DNA from: Euryarchaeota archaeon RBG_16_67_27
GTDB lineage: Archaea > Thermoplasmatota > Thermoplasmata > RBG-16-68-12
Assembly: GCA_001800745.1 (NCBI GenBank)
Contig: MGVZ01000051.1
Coordinates: 1-48,960, forward strand
Direction: 5' to 3'
DNA: 48,960 nucleotides
In this document: positions 1 through 8,379 of the stretch, piece by piece
Layout of the letters: each line of letters begins with the position of its first letter
How positions within the stretch are numbered: position 1 is the stretch's first letter
Notes under the pieces: generated by a model
Told to the model about the DNA's origin: nothing
The model's input: the letters and a program-made list of their open reading frames with translations, nothing else
Databases searched by the model: none
Translations under genes and position numbers: made by a program

Positions 1-1427
1 GGGTGGGCGAGGATGTTGACGTGGGGGTTCTCGACGGCCGCGACGATTCGCGCGGTCTGCTCCTTCTCCGGGAGCGTGAATTTCGAGTGCACGGCGGCAA
101 TCGCGAAGTCGAACTCCCGCAGGACCTCGTCCGGGTAGTCCATCGCGCCCCCGTAGAGGATATCGCACTCCGTACCGAGGAGGACCGCGAACCCGTCGAG
201 CTCGCGGTTGAGCGCCCGCACGCGGTCCCGTCGCTCGAGCGCCTTGTCCGCAGTCAGGCCGAACGCGACGGTCGCGGAGACGGAGTGGTCGGAGATCCCT
301 ACGTATCCGTACCCAAGGCGCCTCGCGGCATCGACCATGGTCTCGATCGGCTCCGTGCCGTCCGTCGCATCCGTGTGAACGTGGAACTCCCCGCGGATGT
401 CCCGGCCCTCGAGGAGCTGCGGGAGCCCGCCGGCGAGCGCGGCGTCGACCTCGCCCGAGTCCTCCCGGAGTTCCGGCGGGATCCACGGGAGGCCGAGCGC
501 CGCGTACACCTCCTCCTCCGTCGCCCCCGCGATCCGAGCCTCACCCCGGAACACGCCGTACTCGTTGAGCTTCATCCCCCGGCGCTCCGCCATGGCCCGC
601 AGGAGGATGTTGTGGTCCTTCGATCCCGTGAAGTACTGGAGGCCGGCACCCCACGACTCCGGCTTCAGGACCTGGAGGTCGACCTGGAACATCCGGGACC
701 GGTCGTCGACGTACCCGACGTACTCCACCAGGACGGAGGACTTCACCTCCCCCTCCGCGAGGACCTCCCGCACCCCGGGCGCGGACGTGAACGCGGCGAC
801 GACCGCCTTCGGGTCCGACGTCGTCACGAGGATGTCCACGTCGCCGACCGTCTCCCGCATCCGGCGGAAGCTCCCGACGGGCTCCACCCGGTCCAGCGGA
901 GCGGCGGACCGGAGATGGGCGATGAACCGGTCCACGAGCGCCGCGGCGTCCCACAGGAGCGCCCGGGTCATCCCCTGGCGATGGAGCTCGATCGCCCGGA
1001 GGATGTTCTCCTCCGTCTTCTCCCCGAACCCCTTGACCCGACGGAGCCGGCGCTGGCGCGCCGCCGCCTCGAGGTCCTCCAAGGTCGTGATCCCGAGATC
1101 CTGCCACAGGAGCCGGACCTTCTTCGGCCCGACCCCGCGGATCGCGAGGAGGTCGAGCACGCCGGGAGGGAACTTCGTCCGCAGCTCCTCGTGGACGCCG
1201 ATGCGACCCGTCGCGACGAACTCCGCGATCTTCTCGGAAAGCGCGGGGCCGATCCCCGCGACCTCCCCGAGGCGCCCCGCGCGGACGAGTGCCTCGACGT
1301 CCCCCGTGAGGGACTCGATCTGTCGGGCCGCGCGCGCGTACGAGATCACGCGGAACCGGTCCTCCCCGAGGATGTCGAGCATGTCCGCGATCTCCCCGAA
1401 GAGCCGCGCGATCTCGGCGTTCGTCAC
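1..1427 (-). CDS. polX: Family X DNA polymerase with C-terminal PHP phosphoesterase domain (3' end of gene runs off the left edge)
   Basis: Absent from the ORF track because it has no stop in the window. Minus-strand reading from GTG 1427-1425 gives VTNAEIARLFGEIADMLDILGEDRFRVISYARAARQIE (helix-hairpin-helix N-terminus), then RETVGDVDILV (nucleotidyltransferase aspartates). Near coordinate 300-400 it gives EFHVHTDATDGTEPIETMVDAARRLGYGYVGISDHS (PHP motif). The + ORF 3..1460 is its antisense shadow. Confidence 0.85.
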   Translation of the reverse strand, partial: MTNAEIARLFGEIADMLDILGEDRFRVISYARAARQIESLTGDVEALVRAGRLGEVAGIGPALSEKIAEFVATGRIGVHEELRTKFPPGVLDLLAIRGVGPKKVRLLWQDLGITTLEDLEAAARQRRLRRVKGFGEKTEENILRAIELHRQGMTRALLWDAAALVDRFIAHLRSAAPLDRVEPVGSFRRMRETVGDVDILVTTSDPKAVVAAFTSAPGVREVLAEGEVKSSVLVEYVGYVDDRSRMFQVDLQVLKPESWGAGLQYFTGSKDHNILLRAMAERRGMKLNEYGVFRGEARIAGATEEEVYAALGLPWIPPELREDSGEVDAALAGGLPQLLEGRDIRGEFHVHTDATDGTEPIETMVDAARRLGYGYVGISDHSVSATVAFGLTADKALERRDRVRALNRELDGFAVLLGTECDILYGGAMDYPDEVLREFDFAIAAVHSKFTLPEKEQTARIVAAVENPHVNILAH

Positions 1428-1452
1428 GTGCGGTCGCGATGCCCACGAGCGG

Positions 1453-1534
1453 GCTTATAGTTTCGGCGCGGTCGCGCGGCCGCGGGATCGCGCGGTCATC
1501 AGCGGCGATAGTCCCGTCGCAAACCTTCTATAGG
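1453..1534. promoter_or_regulatory. Divergent promoter region with two TATA-like boxes (CTATAAGC on the - strand at 1453-1460; TTCTATAGG at 1526-1534)
   Basis: Each box is centred about 26-30 nt upstream of its start codon (GTG 1427 on -, ATG 1556 on +). This is archaeal leaderless geometry. Confidence 0.45.
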
Positions 1535-1555
1535 GCTCCCTCCCGTGTCGCCCCC

Positions 1556-3067
1556 ATGACCGCGCAGCGGAAGGAAGGCCGCATCCCGGGCGAGGTCATC
1601 GATTTCCTCAACGCGTCCGGGGGGCACTCCCTGATCGTCAAGGGGCCCGCGGGGACCGGGAAGACGACGTTCGCTCTCCAGCTCACGGAAGAGCTCGGGG
1701 AGATCGGCTCGTCGTACTACCTGAGCGCCCGCGTCTCCGACGAGTCCCTGTACAACCAGTTCCCCTGGCTCCGGAACCGGCTGAAGCCGAAGGGGCTCGA
1801 GGGGCCGCCGAAGCCCTCCTCCGGGACGACGAAGATCTCGCGGGCGTCCCTCGATCAGCTGATCAGCCGGATCGAGACGGGCCAGGAGAGCGGCGAGGAG
1901 GACGCGAGGAAGGGACTCGGCGCGGACGTGCGGGACGGCACGATCGACATCGCCCTCGGGTACGACCTCCCGGAGGTCGAGCGCGCGTACGAGTTCATCG
2001 ACGGCAAGATGCCGAGCCGGAGCCTGCTCATCGTCGATTCGATCGACGCCCTCTCGGAGCACTACGGAGTCGCTCCGTCCAAGCTCATCAACGTGTTCCA
2101 GCGGGACCTCGTGGAGGGGAGCACGCAGAACGTCCTGTACGTGCTCGAGAGCAGCGGGGAGACGCGCCTCGACTTCCTGGGGGACGGGGTGATCAGCCTC
2201 CTGTCGCTCGAGCACGAGGGCCGTCGGCTCCGCTCGATGACGATCGAAAAGCTCCGCGGCCAGCAGATCCGCCAGCACCGGTACCTGTACACGCTCGATG
2301 CGGGCCGGCTGACCGCGTTCGACATCTCGGAGAAGCCGAAGATCGCCCGGCCGCAGCCCTGGAGGCCCGTGGCCGACCTCTCGAAGGACGCCGTGAGCAC
2401 GGGGATCGCCGCCCTCGATGGCCTCGTCGGCGGCTTCCTCCGGGGCCGGGTCGCCGCGTTCGAGATCGCGAACAGCGTGCCCTCGGAATATGTCGACTGG
2501 CTCCGGACGGCGATGGTCTGCAACGCGGTCGCCCAGGGCCGCGGGGTCGCCCACGTGCCGCCGCGGAAGGGGACCGCGGACTTCCTCCGGGAGGCATTGT
2601 CCCCTCATCTCGCGGAGGGCGCGTTCGAGGGCCAGGTCCGCGTGTTCGAGACCGCGTCCCTCGGAGGGGCGGAGCAGTCGACGAACGCCCTCCCCCTCGA
2701 GGGTCACAACATCGAGACGGACCTGAAATGGTCGAACGTCGAGTATCGTCTCCCGAACTCGTCCCGGCCGTTCCTCGCCCTCATGGCCTTCGACACTCTT
2801 GAGAGCGTCTACGGGGAGAAGGTGCTCGAGCAGATGTCGGGCGTGCTCGCGTCCGTGCGCCGGGCCCGGGACATCTTCGTCGGCCTCGCGACCCCGCAGA
2901 GCGCCTCCGCGCCGAAACTCGCGAACATCGCGAGCGTGGTCCTCCGCCTGGATGTCGTCAACGGATCCGTCGTCCTGTATGGAGAGAAACCGTACACGGG
3001 CCTGTACAATCTCTCGTTCGACTGGGCGACGGGCGTCCCCGTCGCGCAGCTCCGGCCGATCGTGTGA
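1556..3067 (+). CDS. KaiC/RecA-superfamily (GvpD-like) P-loop ATPase with a degenerate second domain
   Basis: Track ORF 1439..3067, with the start moved to ATG 1556 downstream of the TATA-like box. Walker A is GPAGTGKTTFALQL and the Walker B-like strand is LLIVDSIDAL. The second half (GIAALDGLVGGFLRGRVAAFEI...) looks like a second RecA-like domain lacking a P-loop. Confidence 0.75.
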   Translation: MTAQRKEGRIPGEVIDFLNASGGHSLIVKGPAGTGKTTFALQLTEELGEIGSSYYLSARVSDESLYNQFPWLRNRLKPKGLEGPPKPSSGTTKISRASLDQLISRIETGQESGEEDARKGLGADVRDGTIDIALGYDLPEVERAYEFIDGKMPSRSLLIVDSIDALSEHYGVAPSKLINVFQRDLVEGSTQNVLYVLESSGETRLDFLGDGVISLLSLEHEGRRLRSMTIEKLRGQQIRQHRYLYTLDAGRLTAFDISEKPKIARPQPWRPVADLSKDAVSTGIAALDGLVGGFLRGRVAAFEIANSVPSEYVDWLRTAMVCNAVAQGRGVAHVPPRKGTADFLREALSPHLAEGAFEGQVRVFETASLGGAEQSTNALPLEGHNIETDLKWSNVEYRLPNSSRPFLALMAFDTLESVYGEKVLEQMSGVLASVRRARDIFVGLATPQSASAPKLANIASVVLRLDVVNGSVVLYGEKPYTGLYNLSFDWATGVPVAQLRPIV

Positions 3068-3178
3068 TCGGGAGGGGCGGGCCCCTTCCCCGCGGGTCCT
3101 CGCGCGCCGTACGCGCGAGTATCAAAACCGAGAACCGGATAGAAAAGGAATTGATATCAAGGCAGAATCGAACCCGCA

Positions 3179-3523
3179 ATGCGAGAAAAGGACATCTCGC
3201 GTCTGCTCACGGACGAGTACGCCGAGCGCATCCTCGTCGCGACGCAGAACACCCCGCGATCCGTCCAGGAGATCAGCGACCGGTACGACATCCCGATCGC
3301 CGCGTGCTACCGCAAGATCCACGAGCTCGAGGACGCGGGGTTCCTGAAGGTCGCCGAGATCGTCACGACGCCGAAGGGCAAGACGATGAAGATGTACCGC
3401 TCGCTCCTGCGGTCCGCGGTCCTCGTGTACGAGGACGGGACGTTCAAGGTCAAGTTCGAGTTCGACTACGAGAAGGACATCAACGGGAAGTGGATCGAGC
3501 TCAACTCGTCGAACGGCACGTGA
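3179..3523 (+). CDS. Winged helix-turn-helix (ArsR/TrmB-like) transcriptional regulator, paralog 1
   Basis: 114 aa. Contains LLTDEYAERILVATQNTPRSVQEISDRYDIPIAACYRKIHELEDAGFL (HTH plus wing). The AT-rich palindrome TTGATATCAA lies 19-28 nt upstream of the ATG. Confidence 0.8.
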   Translation: MREKDISRLLTDEYAERILVATQNTPRSVQEISDRYDIPIAACYRKIHELEDAGFLKVAEIVTTPKGKTMKMYRSLLRSAVLVYEDGTFKVKFEFDYEKDINGKWIELNSSNGT

Positions 3524-3683
3524 GCGCGTGCGCGCGCGCGTTCTCGCGCGCGTTGATAATCACGCGCGGGAACAGGTTGCGTCCGTGATAATCACCGCCG
3601 ATAGGTTAAATAGCGTGCGGAGGCATCGATGCGCAAAGCTGCGGGGTACGACCGTGGAGGACAACCCACCGTACAGCGAGAAC

Positions 3684-4052
3684 ATGCAGAGCGCTACGAA
3701 ACTCCTGACGCCGCTCGAGGCGTCCCAGCTGCTGACGGACGAGTACAGTGCGAAGATCCTGCTCGCGACCTACAAGCGCAAGATCAGCGCGCAGGAGATC
3801 AGCCAGCGATACGGGATCCCGATTGCGGCGTGCTACCGCAAGATCCGCGTGTTGGAGGAAGTCGGCCTGATCCAATGCGTCGAGCGGATCCTGACCCAGA
3901 AGGGCAAGCGGAAGAATCTCTACACATCGTGCCTGCGGAACGCGTACATCTTCTTCGAGAACGGGAAGCTCCGCGCCCGCTTCCAGCTCGCGACGGGTCA
4001 GGTCAAGGACTTCGGTGGCGACTGGAACGGCATGGACCTCCTCCAGCAGTGA
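3684..4052 (+). CDS. Winged helix-turn-helix (ArsR/TrmB-like) transcriptional regulator, paralog 2
   Basis: Track ORF 3528..4052, with the start moved to ATG 3684 (MQSATKLLTPLEASQLLTDEYSAKILLATYKRKISAQEISQRYGIPIAACYRKIRVLEEVGL). About half the residues are identical to the upstream paralog by eye. An in-frame GTG at 3654 is an alternative start. Confidence 0.75.
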   Translation: MQSATKLLTPLEASQLLTDEYSAKILLATYKRKISAQEISQRYGIPIAACYRKIRVLEEVGLIQCVERILTQKGKRKNLYTSCLRNAYIFFENGKLRARFQLATGQVKDFGGDWNGMDLLQQ

Positions 4053-4083
4053 GCCATCCCCCGATCCCACTCAATCCCATCCC

Positions 4084-4094
4084 TTCCTTTTTCT
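4084..4094 (+). terminator. Oligo-T tract (TTCCTTTTTCT) in a pyrimidine-rich stretch after the second HTH gene
   Basis: A T5 run at 4088-4092 lies about 35 nt after the stop. Archaeal intrinsic termination typically uses oligo-T. Confidence 0.3.
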
Positions 4095-4227
4095 GCCCTT
4101 CCCGCTCGCGCGGAGCGCCGTCGAGCCGCACCTGCGCGCCGGCCGCGGCGGTTATCACGTATCGGAGCCGAGAATCGGCCCTCCCCGTTTCATATCCGAA
4201 CGCGGCCGTCGGCCGCCGGGGAAGAAC

Positions 4228-4362
4228 GTGCGGCTCCAGTTCCACAAGATCCTATCCGAGGGGCGGAGCGTCCGGTACGACGACGAGGAGGACGTCCTCC
4301 ACCTGAACGTGATCGTGACGAAGGACGAGGTCGGCCGTTCCCGCAAGAGCCGGACGACCTGA
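4228..4362 (+). CDS. Small hypothetical protein (44 aa), possibly DUF2283-like
   Basis: GTG 4228 is in frame with track ORF 4015..4362. VRLQFHKILSEGRSVRYDDEEDVLHLNVIVTKDEV has a coding-like composition, and the Y-D-x-E-x-D-x-L motif recalls DUF2283. A TATA-like TTCATATCC lies about 35 nt upstream. It is short and unverified. Confidence 0.3.
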   Translation: MRLQFHKILSEGRSVRYDDEEDVLHLNVIVTKDEVGRSRKSRTT

Positions 4363-4439
4363 GAGCGGACCCGGCGTGTCCCGAGAGCCTGGGTCGCGAG
4401 CCCGCGGAACGTGTCCGTGCGGCGTTCCCTGAGCAGGCC

Positions 4440-4446
4440 TTTATAG
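4440..4446 (+). promoter_or_regulatory. TATA box (TTTATAG) of the antiporter gene
   Basis: Centred 26 nt upstream of ATG 4469, implying a leaderless transcript. Confidence 0.5.
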
Positions 4447-4468
4447 CGTCCCGCCGTTCGGGAGCCCG

Positions 4469-5728
4469 ATGGCCGCAGGGACGGAGCTGTACCAGCAGCT
4501 CACGATCCTTCTCGTCGTGGCGACCGCGAGCCACTTCACGATCAAGCGATTCCGCCAGCCGACGATCGTCGGGGAGATCGCGATCGGGGTCGTACTGGGG
4601 CCCACGGTCCTCGGCGTCTTCGGCATCCGGCTGTTCGACGAGGCGCTCATCGCGACGTTCGCGGCCCTCGGCGCGATCTTCCTGCTCTTCCTGATCGGCC
4701 TCGAGAGCGACTTCCGTGCGATCTACACGAGGAAGAACTTCCTCGTCGCCCTCGGGGGTGTGACCCTGCCGTTGATCGCGGGCTTCCTCGCCGCGTACTA
4801 CATGCTCCCGGACGCGGCGGCCGGCCCGAACGGCGACCGCATGATGATGGCCCTGTTCGTCGGCGCGACCCTGGTCGCGACGAGCACCGCGATCGCTGCC
4901 GCCGTCCTTCTCGAGTTCGGTCTCATGCGCGAGGACGTCGCGCAGACGGTCATGGGCGCGGCCGTCGTCGACGACATCCTCGGGCTTCTCGTCCTCTCCG
5001 TCGTCGTCGGGGCGAGCGGCGGAGGGCTTGACCTCCCTCGCCTCGCGCTCCTCGTGGGGACGGCGGTCGCGTTCATCGTGGCCGGGATCCTCGTCGGGAT
5101 GTACTTCTTCAGCCGGATCGTCGTGCGGATCCAGGTCGCGGGGCTGAGGCTCGGGCTCAGGCATGGCGGGTTCATCGTCGCGATGGCGATCGCGTTCCTG
5201 TACGCGTTCGTCGCGGAGGTGATCGGCCTCTCCGCGATCGTCGGCGCGTTCCTCGCGGGATCGATGTTCGCCTCGACCCCGCTGCGGGAGGACTTCAGGG
5301 AGGGGGCAGGGTACCTGGGAGCCGTGTTCACCCCGGTCTTCTTCATCTCCCTCGGCCTTCAGGTCGACCTTCCCGCGGTACAGACGGGTGCGGAGGCGCT
5401 CCTTCTCTTCGCGGCGGTCCTGACCGTCCTCGCGATCGTGACGAAGGTCGTCGGCTGCGCGATCCCCGCGCGCTGGGCGAAGATGACCCGCAACGAGTCC
5501 GTTGCCGTCGGCTGGGGGATGACCCCGCGCGGCGAGGTCGGTCTCATCGTCGCGTCCACCGCGCTCGCCGCAGGCGTCGTGTCCGACGGCCTGTTCAGCG
5601 TGATCGTACTCGTGATGATCGTCGTGAGCGTGCTCCCCGCGCCCCTGTTCCGTCGCGCGCTCCTCGCGGTCGCCGCGGAGCGGGAGGCGGCGAAGCGCGC
5701 GTCGTCCGGGTCGCCGCGGCCGCCCTAG
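4469..5728 (+). CDS. Monovalent cation:proton antiporter (CPA2 / Kef-NapA type)
   Basis: 419 aa and polytopic. The N-terminus LTILLVVATASHFTIKRFRQPTIVGEIAIGVVLGP and the following TM pattern are typical of Na+/H+-exchanger family proteins. Confidence 0.85.
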   Translation: MAAGTELYQQLTILLVVATASHFTIKRFRQPTIVGEIAIGVVLGPTVLGVFGIRLFDEALIATFAALGAIFLLFLIGLESDFRAIYTRKNFLVALGGVTLPLIAGFLAAYYMLPDAAAGPNGDRMMMALFVGATLVATSTAIAAAVLLEFGLMREDVAQTVMGAAVVDDILGLLVLSVVVGASGGGLDLPRLALLVGTAVAFIVAGILVGMYFFSRIVVRIQVAGLRLGLRHGGFIVAMAIAFLYAFVAEVIGLSAIVGAFLAGSMFASTPLREDFREGAGYLGAVFTPVFFISLGLQVDLPAVQTGAEALLLFAAVLTVLAIVTKVVGCAIPARWAKMTRNESVAVGWGMTPRGEVGLIVASTALAAGVVSDGLFSVIVLVMIVVSVLPAPLFRRALLAVAAEREAAKRASSGSPRPP

Positions 5729-6288
5729 GGACGCTCGACGAGCTTCCCGTCGACGACCTCGACCCGCATCAGGGTCTGGATCCGGAGCCCGAGCTCCCTC
5801 TCGAGGCGCGCCTTCTCCTTCGTCTTGTCGAATACGATCAGGACGTCCACGACCTCGGCGCCGATCCGTCGGAGGGCCGTCACGATCGCGCGGAGGGTGC
5901 CGCCCGTCGAGATCACGTCGTCGACGAACGCGATGCGGTCCCCCCGGAGGATGTTGTTGATGAACATGTCCGTCTTCGAGTATCCCGTCGCCTGCTTGAG
6001 GGAGACCTCGCCCGGGAGCCCGTATTGCCGCTTGCGCACGAAGACGTAGGGCTTGCGCACCCGGAGGGAGAGTCCCGCGGCGAGCGGGAAGCCCATGGAT
6101 TCCGCGGTCACAATCTTGTCGCAGCGCGACCAGTTTCCGAGCTTCGCAATCCCGTCCAGGACCTCCTCGAGGACCTCCGGGCGCCCGAGGGGGATGCCGT
6201 CCGTGATCGGGTGGACGAAGTACTCGTAGTCCCCGAAGCGGACGACCGGGACGTCCGCGAGGCTCGCGCGGAGCTTCTCGAGGGCCAA
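5725..6288 (-). CDS. hpt: Hypoxanthine/guanine phosphoribosyltransferase, archaeal type
   Basis: 187 aa. Contains YEYFVHPITDGIP, the PRPP-binding loop IAFVDDVISTGGTL, and TGYSK. The stop overlaps the convergent antiporter stop in CTAG (5725-5728). Confidence 0.85.
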   Translation of the reverse strand: MALEKLRASLADVPVVRFGDYEYFVHPITDGIPLGRPEVLEEVLDGIAKLGNWSRCDKIVTAESMGFPLAAGLSLRVRKPYVFVRKRQYGLPGEVSLKQATGYSKTDMFINNILRGDRIAFVDDVISTGGTLRAIVTALRRIGAEVVDVLIVFDKTKEKARLERELGLRIQTLMRVEVVDGKLVERP

Positions 6289-6292
6289 CCGC

Positions 6293-7552
6293 TCACTCCC
6301 GCGTCACGAGGTCTCGCGCCACGGCCGCGGCCTTCTCGAGGATCTCCCCTTCGCCCTTCACCCGCCGCCCCTTCATCAGGACCTGCCCGTCGCAGATCAC
6401 CGTGTCGACGACGTTCCCGTGCGCGCTGTAAACCCAGTTGCTCAGGTCGTCGTGGCGCGGGGTGAGCTCGGCGCGCTTCGGGTCGACGACGAGGATGTCC
6501 GCGAGCCGGCCCGCCTCGACGAGACCCGCGTCGATCCCGAGGGCCCGCGCGCCGCCGAGGCTCGCGAGCTCGAACGCCTCCTTCGCGGGCAGGACGGTCG
6601 GGTCGTTGTGCGCGAACTTCTGGATGAGGGCGGCGACCTTCATCGTCTCGAACATGTCGAGGCTGTTGTTGCTCGCCGGGCCGTCCGTCCCCAGGCCCAT
6701 GACGACGCCCGCTTCGTGGAGCGCAGGGAAGGGCATCACCTGGCCCGCCGCGAGCTTCAGGTTCGACACAGGGCAGTGGGCGACCTTCGTGCCGGACCGC
6801 GCGAGGAGCTCGATCTCCGAAGGGTCGAGCCAGCATCCGTGGGCGACGATCGTGCTGCGCGCGAGGATCCCGAGCTTCTCGAGATACGCCGCGGGCCGCC
6901 CGCCGTAGCGCGCGGCGCATTCCTCGACCTCGCGCTTCGTCTCGGACAGGTGCGTGTGCGTCATGAATCCCTTCTTGTCCGCGAGGTCCCCGAACCGGCG
7001 CCAGGAGTCCTCGGAGACCGTGTAGATCGCGTGGGGTCCGAGCACGGGGGTGATCCGCTCGAGCTTCATCCCCTCGATCTTCCGGTTCACCTCGTCGACC
7101 TGCTTGAACTGCTCCTTCGCCCGGCTCGCGATCCCGAGGTCGATGAAGCCTTCCGCGAGGAACCCGCGGAGCCCCATCTCCTTCACGGCCTTCGCGGCGT
7201 GGTCCATGTGGAAATACATGTCGTTGAACGTCGTCGTGCCCGTCTTGATCATCTCGAGGCACGCGAGCTTCGTGCCCCAGTAGACGTCGTCGGGCGTCAT
7301 CTTCGCCTCCTGCGGCCAGATCTTCCGCTCGAGCCAGTCCTGGAGCCTCACGTCGTCCGCGAACCCGCGGAACAGCGCCATCGCCGCATGCGTGTGGAGG
7401 TTCACCATCCCGGGGAGCGCGACCTTCCCCTTGCACTCGAGGACCGTGTCCGCCTCCCGCTTCTTCCCGATCTCCTCGATCCGGTTCCCGGAGACGTAGA
7501 CGTGGGTCGTCTCCCCGTCGAGCTGGACATCCTTGAGGAGCACGCTCGTCAC
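6293..7552 (-). CDS. mtaD: 5'-methylthioadenosine/S-adenosylhomocysteine deaminase (amidohydrolase superfamily)
   Basis: This is the real part of the run-on track ORF 6293..8341. GTG start at 7552 (VTSVLLKDVQLDG...). The metal-binding motif is VNLHTHAAMALFRG, followed by THLSET and GLGTDGPASNN. The start overlaps the upstream gene's stop as GTGA. Confidence 0.85.
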   Translation of the reverse strand: MTSVLLKDVQLDGETTHVYVSGNRIEEIGKKREADTVLECKGKVALPGMVNLHTHAAMALFRGFADDVRLQDWLERKIWPQEAKMTPDDVYWGTKLACLEMIKTGTTTFNDMYFHMDHAAKAVKEMGLRGFLAEGFIDLGIASRAKEQFKQVDEVNRKIEGMKLERITPVLGPHAIYTVSEDSWRRFGDLADKKGFMTHTHLSETKREVEECAARYGGRPAAYLEKLGILARSTIVAHGCWLDPSEIELLARSGTKVAHCPVSNLKLAAGQVMPFPALHEAGVVMGLGTDGPASNNSLDMFETMKVAALIQKFAHNDPTVLPAKEAFELASLGGARALGIDAGLVEAGRLADILVVDPKRAELTPRHDDLSNWVYSAHGNVVDTVICDGQVLMKGRRVKGEGEILEKAAAVARDLVTRE

Positions 7553-8274
7553 GGGATCAGCTCCACGGCCCTGCGGAGGATCGCCCTCACGGCGACGGCG
7601 TTCCGCCGCTGCGTTTCTTGGATCTGCGCGAAGGTCAAGGGGCGGTCGACGATCCCGTTGCAGAAGTTGTCCACGGAGCAGAGGCTCGCGTACCGGAGGC
7701 CGAGCTCCGTCGCGAGCGTCGCCTCCGAGGCCATCGTCATCCCGAGGACGTCCCCGAGGGTCCGGAAGAACGCGATCTCCGCGACGGTCTCGAGGCGCGG
7801 CCCCGTCGTCTGCACGTACACGCCCTTCGTCCGGACGTTCTGGCCCTCGGACTTCGCCGCGTGGACGAGGACCGCGCGGAGCTCGTCGTCGAGCACGGGG
7901 GTCACGTGGGCGACCTCCTCGTCGTGGAAGGTCGGGACGTTCCAGAAGCCGACGTAGTCGTGGGGCACGACGAAGGTCCCCGGCGCGATCGGCTTCCGCA
8001 GGGAACCCGTGGACGAGGTCGCGAGGACGTGCGTGACCCCGAGCTCCCGGAGCGCCCACAGGTTCGCGCGGTGGTTGATCCGGTGGGGGGGCGTCCGGTG
8101 GCCCTTCCCGTGCCGCGGGAGGAACACGACCGTTCGGCTCCCGTGCCGGCCGATCCGCGGCGCGTCGCTCGGGCTCCCGTACGGGGTCTCGAGAGCGCGG
8201 GGCTCGTCGTCCTCGAGGACCGAGCGGTCGCGGAGACCGGAGCCGCCGAGGAGGCCGACGGTGGGACGGGCCAT
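7549..8274 (-). CDS. mtnP: S-methyl-5'-thioadenosine (or methylthioinosine) phosphorylase, PNP family
   Basis: Track ORF 7549..8373, with the start moved to ATG 8274 (MARPTVGLLGGSGL...). Contains FLPRHGKGHRTPPHRINHRANLWALRELGV and GMTMASEATLA. A TATA-like CTTTATTC on the - strand (8299-8306) lies 29 nt upstream. Confidence 0.85.
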   Translation of the reverse strand: MARPTVGLLGGSGLRDRSVLEDDEPRALETPYGSPSDAPRIGRHGSRTVVFLPRHGKGHRTPPHRINHRANLWALRELGVTHVLATSSTGSLRKPIAPGTFVVPHDYVGFWNVPTFHDEEVAHVTPVLDDELRAVLVHAAKSEGQNVRTKGVYVQTTGPRLETVAEIAFFRTLGDVLGMTMASEATLATELGLRYASLCSVDNFCNGIVDRPLTFAQIQETQRRNAVAVRAILRRAVELIP

Positions 8275-8379
8275 GTGCCGCGGCAAGCGGGTGTGCTTGA
8301 ATAAAGCTTTCCGGGAGGCGCGAGGCGGACCCGCGGCGCATCGAAGAGACCGGGGACGCGCGTGTCCGCCCATCCCTCG

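Noticed and set aside
3-1460. 485-aa plus-strand ORF, and the 299..1533 ORFs in other frames
   Set aside because: These are antisense or off-frame shadows of the polX gene. The minus-strand frame ending at GTG 1427 carries unmistakable PolX and PHP motifs.
3160-3185. GAATCGAACCCGC, which resembles the complement of a tRNA T-arm (a possible tRNA fragment or att remnant)
   Set aside because: No complementary T-stem partner, acceptor stem or anticodon arm can be folded around it. It overlaps the start of the first wHTH gene.
4190-5164. 324-aa minus-strand ORF, and other ORFs overlapping the antiporter gene
   Set aside because: It is antisense to a clearly polytopic CPA2 transporter, and its composition is charged low-complexity (D/E/R-rich).
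6293-8341. 682-aa minus-strand ORF, and the 6108..7436 and 6419..7957 ORFs
   Set aside because: The 682-aa ORF is mtaD artificially extended at the 5' end across the MTAP gene in a different frame; its first ~260 aa are RP-rich nonsense. The other two are off-frame or antisense shadows.
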